Notes under the pieces: model-generated
What the model was told of the DNA's origin: nothing
Databases searched by the model: none
What the model saw: only the letters and a program-made list of their open reading frames with translations
Assembly: GCA_041690595.1 (NCBI GenBank)
Contig: JAWLHB010000021.1
Span: forward strand, 70,599 to 134,598
Direction: 5' to 3'
Length of the DNA: 64,000 bases
Origin: Lentisphaeria bacterium
GTDB lineage: Bacteria; Verrucomicrobiota; Lentisphaeria; JABSQK01; JAWLHB01
Position numbers and translations under genes: made by a program
Shown: positions 52,892-60,972 of the stretch, in pieces
Position numbering within the stretch: position 1 is the stretch's first letter
Layout of the letters: each line of letters starts with the position of its first letter

Positions 52892-53941
52892 ATGCAGGTA
52901 AAGAAGAACGGCACAGTCCGTAGGCACTCGTCATTGCACGCTGTGCTTGCCGCCATCGTACTCCTGTCGATGACCCAACAGGCACCTGGCCAGATCTCCA
53001 AGGCTGACTTGAGAAGCAACATCGAAAAGCGCCTTCAGGAACTGATGGTTCAGCGAGCATCACAACTGGGTTCGGCTCTTCCCGAAAAACAGGTCGCGGA
53101 AGTTCTGAGCAGCTTCTCGGCAGTTGTTGACCTGATCCCTCAGGAGGAAGTGAGCGACCAATTGGCCGACTGGATCACGATAAGCCTGTCGGACCTTCTC
53201 CTGCGACAGGTAGATGCCTTTCTGGCAGAAGGAGATGGAGCAAGAAGATTACTTGCAGGCATAGAAAAACAGGGCAAGAAGGTCCTTAGCGGCTTGGACG
53301 CGGCGAAGGTCGATGCTCTGCTTGAACGCAGAGATGAACTGACTTCCCACCGGGGTGACTTCCAGAGAAGCCTCTTGGAATACACGGTGGCCGCGCTCTC
53401 CAAAGTGGAGTCATTCAGGCTTGACCCACGTGATGATCACCTGCTGATGGCTACCTGCAAGGTTACCGGAGATAGTGATCAAGGATATAAGACTCTTCTT
53501 GCAACAAAGGCAACCGCTACCGTCGAGATGGAGAATGTGAATGCAAAGCTTCTCACTCTCACCTTGGTTTGGCAGCTTGCTTCCATTTTTCGCCACCAAA
53601 CATGGGCTGAAGATTTTGGGTTCGGCAATTTGTTCTCCAGAGCCTATGAACCTGATTCACCGCTGGAGCTTGGCAAACTGAAGAGATTCCACGAGGTCAA
53701 GGAAGATCTTGATCTGCTTTACGCCCATTACTTCGTCGTCAAAGATGGTGTAGTGGACATTGATGCGATGACGCTGCGTCTATTCGTGATGGCTGCCGGA
53801 GCGCTTCAAGTGGGTATACCGCGGCCTGGTGGCCCCTTCGCTGCATCCCCATCGTCGCCTGATGCCAGATCTGTGATATTCCGGAATGATCATACCATGT
53901 GGAGCTGTCTCCACAATGAAAGCAGCACTGCAGACAAGTAA
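52892..53941 (+). CDS. orphan secreted protein in a visibly AT-richer segment
   Basis: ORF 52877..53941 with ATG at 52892. Signal peptide MQVKKNGTVRRHSSLHAVLAAIVLLSMTQQAPG. Helical N-terminal half. No recognisable motifs. Confidence 0.55.
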   Translation: MQVKKNGTVRRHSSLHAVLAAIVLLSMTQQAPGQISKADLRSNIEKRLQELMVQRASQLGSALPEKQVAEVLSSFSAVVDLIPQEEVSDQLADWITISLSDLLLRQVDAFLAEGDGARRLLAGIEKQGKKVLSGLDAAKVDALLERRDELTSHRGDFQRSLLEYTVAALSKVESFRLDPRDDHLLMATCKVTGDSDQGYKTLLATKATATVEMENVNAKLLTLTLVWQLASIFRHQTWAEDFGFGNLFSRAYEPDSPLELGKLKRFHEVKEDLDLLYAHYFVVKDGVVDIDAMTLRLFVMAAGALQVGIPRPGGPFAASPSSPDARSVIFRNDHTMWSCLHNESSTADK

Positions 53942-53963
53942 CCGCTCTCTGCGCTGCCGCCCT

Positions 53964-53999
53964 CGCCCGATCCGCCGGATCCGCCCGATCCGCCCGATC
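53964..53999. repeat. four tandem 9-mers CGCC(C/G)GATC, each containing GATC
   Basis: Read directly. They fill the convergent intergenic gap and run into the stop codon of the DUF1854 gene. Confidence 0.8.
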
Positions 54000-54540
54000 A
54001 AATGCTGCTGTCCAGGAGGCGGCGGCTGGCGGCTTCGAGCTGGGCATCCGCCGGTATGATGTACCGGTTACCATCGACATCGGTGAGGATGATGCCGTCA
54101 CTGCCCACCCGCACGTTGTCGAAGAGATGACGCGTGCTGAACCTTACGTAGCCCTGGTCGGTCGACGCCTGCCATTCCTGCGTACCGAAGCGCTCGCGCA
54201 CGCCGTACACCAGGCGAATGCGCGGCATCCGATAACGGCGCGCAAGCTCCTCCTCGACCAGCGCGCGACTCTCGGCATCCAGCTCGTCGGGATCCATGAT
54301 CAGGCCGATCTCGCCGCCCTGGTTGTCCAGCACGCTGAGGTAGCGTTGCCCGGCGCTGTAGGGAAAGGCGCGGACCAGGCGCACCGCCAGCCAGGATTGG
54401 CGCTTCGCGACTGTCAGGCAGAGCTTGCCGGCGTTGCGGTTGAAGCGCAGCTCCCCCACCGTGAGTAGCCGCAACTCCGCGCCGAGCGAATTCTCCGCAA
54501 GCTCCTGTTTGACGGATGGCGATGAAGGCGGTTGCATCAT
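53998..54540 (-). CDS. DUF1854-family protein
   Basis: LRFNRNAGKLCLT...VRLVRAFPYSAGQRYLSVLDNQGGEIGLIMDPDELDAESRALVEEELARRY...ILTDVDGNRYIIP fits DUF1854 as I recall it. ATGA overlap with the upstream ABC gene. Confidence 0.7.
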   Translation of the reverse strand: MMQPPSSPSVKQELAENSLGAELRLLTVGELRFNRNAGKLCLTVAKRQSWLAVRLVRAFPYSAGQRYLSVLDNQGGEIGLIMDPDELDAESRALVEEELARRYRMPRIRLVYGVRERFGTQEWQASTDQGYVRFSTRHLFDNVRVGSDGIILTDVDGNRYIIPADAQLEAASRRLLDSSI

Positions 54541-56957
54541 CCGTGTACTCCCACGATGGCAGCCATTTCCTGCTGCATGTTGACCAGGCGATGGAACTCG
54601 CCTTCCTGCGCCAGCAGCTCCGCATGGGAGCCCTGCTCGATGATTTCCCCTTCCTTGAGCACCACCAGGCGGTCGGCATTGCGCAGGGTGCTGAGTCGGT
54701 GCGCGATGGCGATGGTGGTCCGCCCCTTGGTCAGGCGCGCAATGGCCTCCTGGATCTCGCGCTCCGTATCCGTATCGACCGAGGCCGTGGCTTCGTCCAG
54801 GATCAGTATACGCGGCGAATGCAGAATAGCGCGCGCAATGGCGATGCGCTGCCGTTCGCCGCCGGACAACTGGTAGCCCCGCTCTCCCACGATGGTGTCG
54901 TAGCCATCGGGTTTCTGGATGATGAAATGATGCGCGTTGGCGGCCTTGGCCGCACGCATGATCTCCAGCGGCGTCGCATCGCGCTTCCCGTAGGTGATGT
55001 TTTCGGCTATCGTGCCACTGAAGAGAAAGGTATCTTGAAGGACCACCCCCAGTTGCGAGCGCAGGTCGTGCTGACGGATGTTGCGCGCGTCGACCCCGTC
55101 GATCAGCAACGCCCCCTCGTTCGGATCGTAGAAGCGGCAGAGCAGGTTGATGGTGGTGCTCTTGCCCGCACCGCTGCGCCCGACGAGGCCGATCATCTCG
55201 CCCGGCTTGATGTCCAGAGTCAGATTCTTGAGCACCGGCTTGTAGGGATCGTAGCCGAAGGTGACGTTCTGGAAGGTTACCCGCCCCTCGATGTGATCCA
55301 TGGCGACGGGCTCCGCCGCTTCGGGAACGTCGGGCGTGGTATCGAGCAGCTCGAAGACCCGCTGAGCCGCCGCCAGCGAGCGCGCCATCCAGTCCACCAC
55401 GCGCGTCAGGAACTGCAGCGGGCCGAAGAACATGGCAAGATAGGCGAGAAAGGCCATCAGCGTCCCCAGCGTGAGTTCATCGCCTCCAATGATCTTTCGC
55501 CCCCCCACGTACCAGACAATGAGGGCGCCGCTGCTGGTGAGGAAGGTCAGCGTCGGGAAATAGGTACTCCAGGCCTGCTCAGCCCGCATCATGGCCTGCT
55601 GAAGCCCCCGGCTGTGCCCTTCGAAGCGGGTATTCTCTTCCCCTTCACGAGCAAAGGCCTTGACCACGCGCATGCCGCTGAGGCTCTCGTTGAGCGTCGC
55701 CCCAAGCTTGCCGCGGCGCGACCACGCCCCATGGAAAAGGCGGCGCAAGGTGCGGCTGATCAGGCGGGAAATGATCAGCACGATGGGCACCGGAAGGAGC
55801 ACCAGCAGCGTGAGCTGCCAGTTCATGAAAAGCAGCACCAGGCCGATGCCGATCAGCGTCAGCACGTTGACGACGAAGAATTGCACGCCGTCGATCAGCA
55901 CCGACTCCAGGCTGCCCGTATCGTGACCGATCCGGGACATCAGGTCGCCCGTCTTGTGCTGGTCGAAAAAGCGCAGCGAATGGCGCTGCACATGCTCGAA
56001 AACTTCCTGCCGGAGATCGTGCGCCACCTGGGTGCCGATCCTGGCCATCTTGCGCCCTCGCCAGACGCCGATCAGCATCGCCCCCAACTGCGCCAGCAGA
56101 AGCCCCACGACCAGCAGCCCCAGCATGCGCAATCGCTCACCCGGTGTAAGGGATGGAGGGCCGCCCTCCACTGCCCGCCGCTGATTGGTCGACTGTGGCG
56201 GGCGGCCGTCCATGGTGTACGGCGCGCGGCTGTCGTCAGCATCCGTCACGGTCATCGCCGGCACCAGAACGCGATCGACCAGCGGGCGGGTGAGGTAAGG
56301 CGGCACCAGGTTCAGCAGCGTCGACACCACCAGCAGCAGCCAGACGAGAGCCATCTGCCACCAGTACGGCCGCATATAGGCGAGTATGCGCATGAGCGCC
56401 TGCCCCTTGTCCAGACAGGCCGGACAGATTTCGCTGCCACTGCGGAGCATCAGTCCACATTGCGGGCAACGCGTTCGCCGCTCCAGGTCAATTGGCATCC
56501 GTGGCGTGGCGGGCGGCGGGCCATCCTCCGGGCATGGATCGATGCCCGCGTTCTTTCGGGCGAACTTGGCCAGCTCCCCCAGGTACTGGCTGAGGCGCTG
56601 AAAGAGCTGCTGCGAGGAATGGGTCATCCGCACCAGGTCCCGGTGCTCGCCGCGGATACTTGCCGTGATAGTGGCCGTGCCGATCAGCCGCTCCAGCTCC
56701 ACCTGCGTGAGATCCGTCAGCGGCGCCTCGATCGCGGGTAAGGCATCCTGGGAGAGCTGGTCGAAGATCTGCAGCCGCTGCGTGGTGACGATCAGCCATT
56801 CATGACCATAGCTGCCGTCCGCCCTCAGATCGGTGGCGGCGGCAATCAGGCGCGGCTCGCCTTCATCCCCCGCCAGGCGCGGATTCTCCGCCAGCGCCGC
56901 CGGCAATGGCTCCAGATACGTGTATTCATTCGATTCCACATCAGCCATGCCTGACAC
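54537..56957 (-). CDS. ABC exporter (permease-ATPase) with a ~200-aa N-terminal cytoplasmic extension containing a Zn-ribbon
   Basis: Motifs GRSGAGKST, LSGGERQR, ILILDEATAS. CPQCGLMLRSGSEICPAC precedes the first TM helix. GTG start 56957 or ATG 56948, with AAGGAAGGA upstream. Confidence 0.88.
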   Translation of the reverse strand: MSGMADVESNEYTYLEPLPAALAENPRLAGDEGEPRLIAAATDLRADGSYGHEWLIVTTQRLQIFDQLSQDALPAIEAPLTDLTQVELERLIGTATITASIRGEHRDLVRMTHSSQQLFQRLSQYLGELAKFARKNAGIDPCPEDGPPPATPRMPIDLERRTRCPQCGLMLRSGSEICPACLDKGQALMRILAYMRPYWWQMALVWLLLVVSTLLNLVPPYLTRPLVDRVLVPAMTVTDADDSRAPYTMDGRPPQSTNQRRAVEGGPPSLTPGERLRMLGLLVVGLLLAQLGAMLIGVWRGRKMARIGTQVAHDLRQEVFEHVQRHSLRFFDQHKTGDLMSRIGHDTGSLESVLIDGVQFFVVNVLTLIGIGLVLLFMNWQLTLLVLLPVPIVLIISRLISRTLRRLFHGAWSRRGKLGATLNESLSGMRVVKAFAREGEENTRFEGHSRGLQQAMMRAEQAWSTYFPTLTFLTSSGALIVWYVGGRKIIGGDELTLGTLMAFLAYLAMFFGPLQFLTRVVDWMARSLAAAQRVFELLDTTPDVPEAAEPVAMDHIEGRVTFQNVTFGYDPYKPVLKNLTLDIKPGEMIGLVGRSGAGKSTTINLLCRFYDPNEGALLIDGVDARNIRQHDLRSQLGVVLQDTFLFSGTIAENITYGKRDATPLEIMRAAKAANAHHFIIQKPDGYDTIVGERGYQLSGGERQRIAIARAILHSPRILILDEATASVDTDTEREIQEAIARLTKGRTTIAIAHRLSTLRNADRLVVLKEGEIIEQGSHAELLAQEGEFHRLVNMQQEMAAIVGVHG

Positions 56958-57036
56958 ATTCCTTCCTTATGGCAGCTGGATCGTCTCCCCGGAAGATAAC
57001 ATAGCAGCAGCCGGTAGGAAGTCGCGCCCGCCTCGC

Positions 57037-58197
57037 TCAGGAAGTCACGAAGCTCTCCCGCAGACGGTCCGTATAGTAGCGCACCAGATCCCATTCGGCA
57101 TCCGGTGGAATACGATGATCCGGGCACGGTATGAAGCCGCCCAAGTCGACGAGACGGCGCAGCCGCTCGACCTCCTCGTCCACAGCCGCACGGTCGCGCG
57201 AGAATATTACCTTGTTCATCCCGCCGACGCCGCGGATATCCTTGCCGTATTTCTCCCGCCACGGGGCGATGCTGGCATTCCAGGTTCCAACCTCGATCGG
57301 AAACATGGTATTGACGCCATTCCCCAGCCAGGTCGGGATCAGAGCGTCGATCATCCCGTCACAGTCCAGAGAGACAATGTCGATGCCATGGCTGTTGACC
57401 AGCTCCGTCAGCCGACGGTAATGCGGCCCAACATGCGACTCGAAGACACGGGGACTGACCAGCGGTCCGTTCTTGAAACAGATGTCCTCCCAGAAATGCG
57501 CGAAGTCGAACGTGGCGCCCGAAGCCAGCGCGTACTCCACATTCCGATAGCAGACATCCGCGATTACTGCCAGGATCTCGCTGAAGAGCGCTTCATCATC
57601 CATCTGCAGATACGAACAGCCGACGATGCCGATGACGTTGCGGAAGTGACCGAAGAGGCTGCCGCAGTGCAGACCATAGGGATACTCGCGCTCGTCGGCG
57701 CGCAGGAAGTCCAGCCCGCCTTCGTTCCATGGGACCATCTTGTCGTTCACCCGCACCAAACCGTTGGTCACCCGCTCGGGCTTCCATTCATAGCGCCAGC
57801 GATACTGCTCTTCCCAGGAGCTGCGATCCGTGAGCAGGTGCTCGATCTCGGCCGGAATACTGCCCGCATCCGGATGCTGGAGCAGGACGACGCCGTCCCC
57901 ATTGAGGTAATGACGGGTGCCATCGGCGAACTCGCGGATGACCTTGTAGTCGAAAGGGGGCAGCAGGGTGCAGTTCGGATGGAAGCAGGAATACCAGTTG
58001 AAGTCGAAGCCGAGCTTGGCTGAAACGGCGGCATCGGTCGGATTGCCATCGCCCCATTGGCTGGCCTCTTCGGCAGTGAGGTGCCCTTCAGCCGCCCACT
58101 TCTTCAGGGTCTCGCCCCAGAAACCAAAATGCACCACCGGCAGGCGGTCGTAGTGCTGGTAATGAAGCACCGCCATCGCTCGTTCACGATCCGTCAT
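57037..58197 (-). CDS. uroporphyrinogen decarboxylase (URO-D)-family protein, non-haem role likely
   Basis: ORF trimmed to ATG 58197 (AGGAGAG 7 nt upstream). The overall URO-D/MtaA-like pattern ends in GGFIPCPDHRIPPD. Confidence 0.6.
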   Translation of the reverse strand: MTDRERAMAVLHYQHYDRLPVVHFGFWGETLKKWAAEGHLTAEEASQWGDGNPTDAAVSAKLGFDFNWYSCFHPNCTLLPPFDYKVIREFADGTRHYLNGDGVVLLQHPDAGSIPAEIEHLLTDRSSWEEQYRWRYEWKPERVTNGLVRVNDKMVPWNEGGLDFLRADEREYPYGLHCGSLFGHFRNVIGIVGCSYLQMDDEALFSEILAVIADVCYRNVEYALASGATFDFAHFWEDICFKNGPLVSPRVFESHVGPHYRRLTELVNSHGIDIVSLDCDGMIDALIPTWLGNGVNTMFPIEVGTWNASIAPWREKYGKDIRGVGGMNKVIFSRDRAAVDEEVERLRRLVDLGGFIPCPDHRIPPDAEWDLVRYYTDRLRESFVTS

Positions 58198-58390
58198 CAC
58201 TGCTCTCCTGGCTGTAGTTGAAAAGTCGCCATACTGTAATCCCTTCGCGCGATTTCGCCCGGCAAATCGCTGGAATCGTGGCAAAAAGCCTGGCTCAACT
58301 TGAAATGCGGCCCTTCCAGAGCACCCTATGTGACGGTCCTGCCCCCATCACACCACCCCTTTTCCGCACCTACGGAACCATCCTCCGCGC

Positions 58391-60163
58391 ATGATACTGA
58401 AGATTCTCAAGCTCCTCCTCGCTGGCTACCCCGGCCGCACCCTCTTCACCTTCTTCCTGATGGTGATCGAAACCCTCCTCAACAGCATCAGTATCGTCAC
58501 CGTCATCCCCATGCTGAGCCTCTTCGGCGGAGAGCAGACCCATGATCTCGGCCGCGTGCAGCAGCTCTTCCACGACGGTTTCGCCGCCATCGGCCTCACC
58601 GTCACCTTCCCCACCATCCTCCTCTTTCTGATCATTGTCTTCTCCCTGCGCGCCGCCATCATCGCCGTGAAGGTCTATTTCATCGCCATCATGAAGACCG
58701 ACCTGGAAACGGCTTACAAGGGCGAACTCTACTCGCTTCTGTTGAACGCCAGCCCCATGCGTCTCTCCCGCATGGACTTCGGCAAACTCAGCAATGTCCT
58801 CGTCCATGAGACCCAGATCATCGGCCACCTCTTCTTCTACACTGGGCTTTACCTGACCTACGTGGTCAGCGTCATCGGCTACGTCCTCATCGTACTTGTC
58901 GTCTCCTGGCAACTGACGGCGGTGACGGGTGGACTGAGCGCCATCGCCTATTTCTTCTTCCACAAGATCATCAAGGGCGCGCGGCGCAGCGGCTATGATC
59001 TCGGCCTGGAGAACGGATGCATTCAACGGCTCATCAACCAAACTCTCAACGGCATCAAGGTGATCAAGAGCTACACCCGTGAGCATGCGCTCGAGAACGT
59101 GCTGGCCAGGAGCATGGAACGCATCCGCCGTCTGAACATCCGTCTGGCGGTTGGCGAGAATGTCTTCCCCAATCTCTTCGAACCCGCCGTCCTGGCCGTG
59201 GCGCTCGCCTGCTTCCTCCTCTTCAGATTCGACGTCACCACCTTCATTGTCTTCCTGGTGGCGCTGGCCCGCCTCTACCGCACCGTCCAGGTCCTGCAGG
59301 TCACCCATTACGCCGTCGCCCGCCATGTCGGCGCCCTCGACCTTTTCGAAAGCTGCCGCGACGAGCTGAGCGCCTGCCGGATGAACGACAGCGAAGGCAA
59401 ACCCTTTCCAGGTCTTGCCGAAAGCATTCAGATCGAGCAGCTCACCTACGAGTACCAGGGCGCCGAGCATTTTCACCTGGGGCCGCTGGATTTCCGGATC
59501 GCTCACGGCTCTCTGGTCGCCTTCGTCGGCCGCTCCGGCTCCGGCAAGACGACGCTGGTGGACATGCTCATGGGCTTCGAGAGTCCCACCAGCGGCCGCA
59601 TTCGTGTCGACGGCGTCGACCTCTCTACCTATCGTCTTCGCTCCTGGCGGGATCGCCTCGCCTATGTCTCGCAGGATTCCTTCCTTCTGAATGACAGCGT
59701 GCGCGCCAACATCGCCTTCATGGACGAATCGATCATCGATGCGGATATTCAGCGCGCTATCGACATGGCACAGGCGCGCGACTTCATCGAAGCACTCCCC
59801 GAAGGGCTGGAGACCACCGTCGGCGAGCAGGGGATGCGACTCTCCGGTGGGCAGAAGCAGCGGATCGCCCTGGCCAGAGCCCTGGCACGCAACCCGCAAC
59901 TGCTCATCCTCGACGAAGGAACCAGCGCCCTCGACAATGAATCCGAACGCCTGGTCCAGGCCGCTATCGAGCAACTCCGCGGCACCATGACCATTGTCAT
60001 CATCGCCCACCGACTCACCACCGTGCGCAATGCCGACGTGATCCACGTGATGGAAGGCGGCCACATTGTCGAGTCCGGAAGTCACGACCACCTTCTCGCC
60101 CATGGTGAGCACTTCTCCAAGATGCTCCGCATGGCCGAAGGGCGACTCGACGCCGAAGAGTAA
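58391..60163 (+). CDS. ABC exporter, fused permease-ATPase (MsbA-like)
   Basis: Motifs GRSGSGKTT, LSGGQKQR, LLILDEGTS, plus a six-TM N-terminal half. Confidence 0.88.
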   Translation: MILKILKLLLAGYPGRTLFTFFLMVIETLLNSISIVTVIPMLSLFGGEQTHDLGRVQQLFHDGFAAIGLTVTFPTILLFLIIVFSLRAAIIAVKVYFIAIMKTDLETAYKGELYSLLLNASPMRLSRMDFGKLSNVLVHETQIIGHLFFYTGLYLTYVVSVIGYVLIVLVVSWQLTAVTGGLSAIAYFFFHKIIKGARRSGYDLGLENGCIQRLINQTLNGIKVIKSYTREHALENVLARSMERIRRLNIRLAVGENVFPNLFEPAVLAVALACFLLFRFDVTTFIVFLVALARLYRTVQVLQVTHYAVARHVGALDLFESCRDELSACRMNDSEGKPFPGLAESIQIEQLTYEYQGAEHFHLGPLDFRIAHGSLVAFVGRSGSGKTTLVDMLMGFESPTSGRIRVDGVDLSTYRLRSWRDRLAYVSQDSFLLNDSVRANIAFMDESIIDADIQRAIDMAQARDFIEALPEGLETTVGEQGMRLSGGQKQRIALARALARNPQLLILDEGTSALDNESERLVQAAIEQLRGTMTIVIIAHRLTTVRNADVIHVMEGGHIVESGSHDHLLAHGEHFSKMLRMAEGRLDAEE

Positions 60164-60311
60164 GCCCCCGGCCCCCCAGGGCACGGCACTCGGCACCCAA
60201 TTGATCTGCTGAACTGCCGCGGACATACGCATCCGTCTCGGGCTTCCATCGCCGAAAAACTTCTGCAGCGCAGTACCAGTGACAGCCTGTACACCAGCCA
60301 TGGATCTGCGC

Positions 60312-60317
60312 TATAGT
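60312..60317 (+). promoter_or_regulatory. candidate -10 box TATAGT for the cytochrome c gene
   Basis: Context GCGCTATAGTAGT, 54 nt upstream of ATG 60371. Confidence 0.4.
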
Positions 60318-60370
60318 AGTCGTCTTCACTTCACCTTCAGTCTTTCTTCCAAAAGGAACGTCGCCCATCC

Positions 60371-60781
60371 ATGGATCAGGAAACGCACATCAAGACTTAC
60401 GTTTTCTTCGGCTTCATCGTCATGATTGCTATCGTCATCCTCATCGGGGTCATTTCGCTGATCGCGCAGTTTCTGCACGTAGCGACGGAGGAAGAGACTC
60501 TTCAGGCCGATGCAGAGAGCCGACATCCGGGTCAGGTCCTGGTCACGGCAAATGATTGCATGACTTGCCACAGGATCGACCAGGGCATCATAGGCCCCTC
60601 GTATCGGGAGGTTGCGAAACGCTATGTGGATGCCGACCCGAAGACCATCGGCATGCTGGTCGAGAAGATTCAGCAGGGCGGATCGGGAAACTGGGGCAGC
60701 GTTCCCATGACTGCACACCCGAAGCTGCCCGACGAGAATGTACGGCTGATGATCGAGTGGATCTTTACGCTCAACGATTGA
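60371..60781 (+). CDS. membrane-anchored class I c-type cytochrome (c551/c8-like)
   Basis: N-terminal TM helix YVFFGFIVMIAIVILIGVISLIAQFL. CMTCH haem site. IGPSYREVAKRY ... GGSGNWGSVPMTAHP (Met ligand) aligns with Pseudomonas c551 as I recall it. Confidence 0.8.
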   Translation: MDQETHIKTYVFFGFIVMIAIVILIGVISLIAQFLHVATEEETLQADAESRHPGQVLVTANDCMTCHRIDQGIIGPSYREVAKRYVDADPKTIGMLVEKIQQGGSGNWGSVPMTAHPKLPDENVRLMIEWIFTLND

Positions 60782-60873
60782 TCCCGCTTTGACCGACAGC
60801 CCATCGCAGGATTCGCTCCAAGCTTTAATTGCCGTGTAAATGCTCGGATATGCTATTAATGAAGCAGTTCTGT

Positions 60874-60901
60874 GGAACTATGCTGTTGTAAGCTCGTCTA
60901 A
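60874..60901 (+). promoter_or_regulatory. ECF sigmaE-type promoter GGAACTA-N16-TCTAA upstream of htrA
   Basis: Read directly. Same geometry as the E. coli degP promoter (GGAACTT-N16-TCTGA). It is ~72 nt upstream of ATG 60973, in an AT-rich intergenic region. Confidence 0.5.
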
Positions 60902-60972
60902 AAGCATGAATGGAAAGACGGCATCTCGCCGACCCTTACGGTTGAAGCATACCTATACAAGGAGAAAGAGCA

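Noticed and set aside
54516-56741. 741-aa ORF antisense to the ABC exporter (likewise 58370..60301, 18407..19612, 19736..20866 and 21754..22539 opposite the other ABC genes)
   Set aside because: Walker A, signature and Walker B motifs are all on the other strand. These frames show no motifs and have extreme Arg/His/Pro content.
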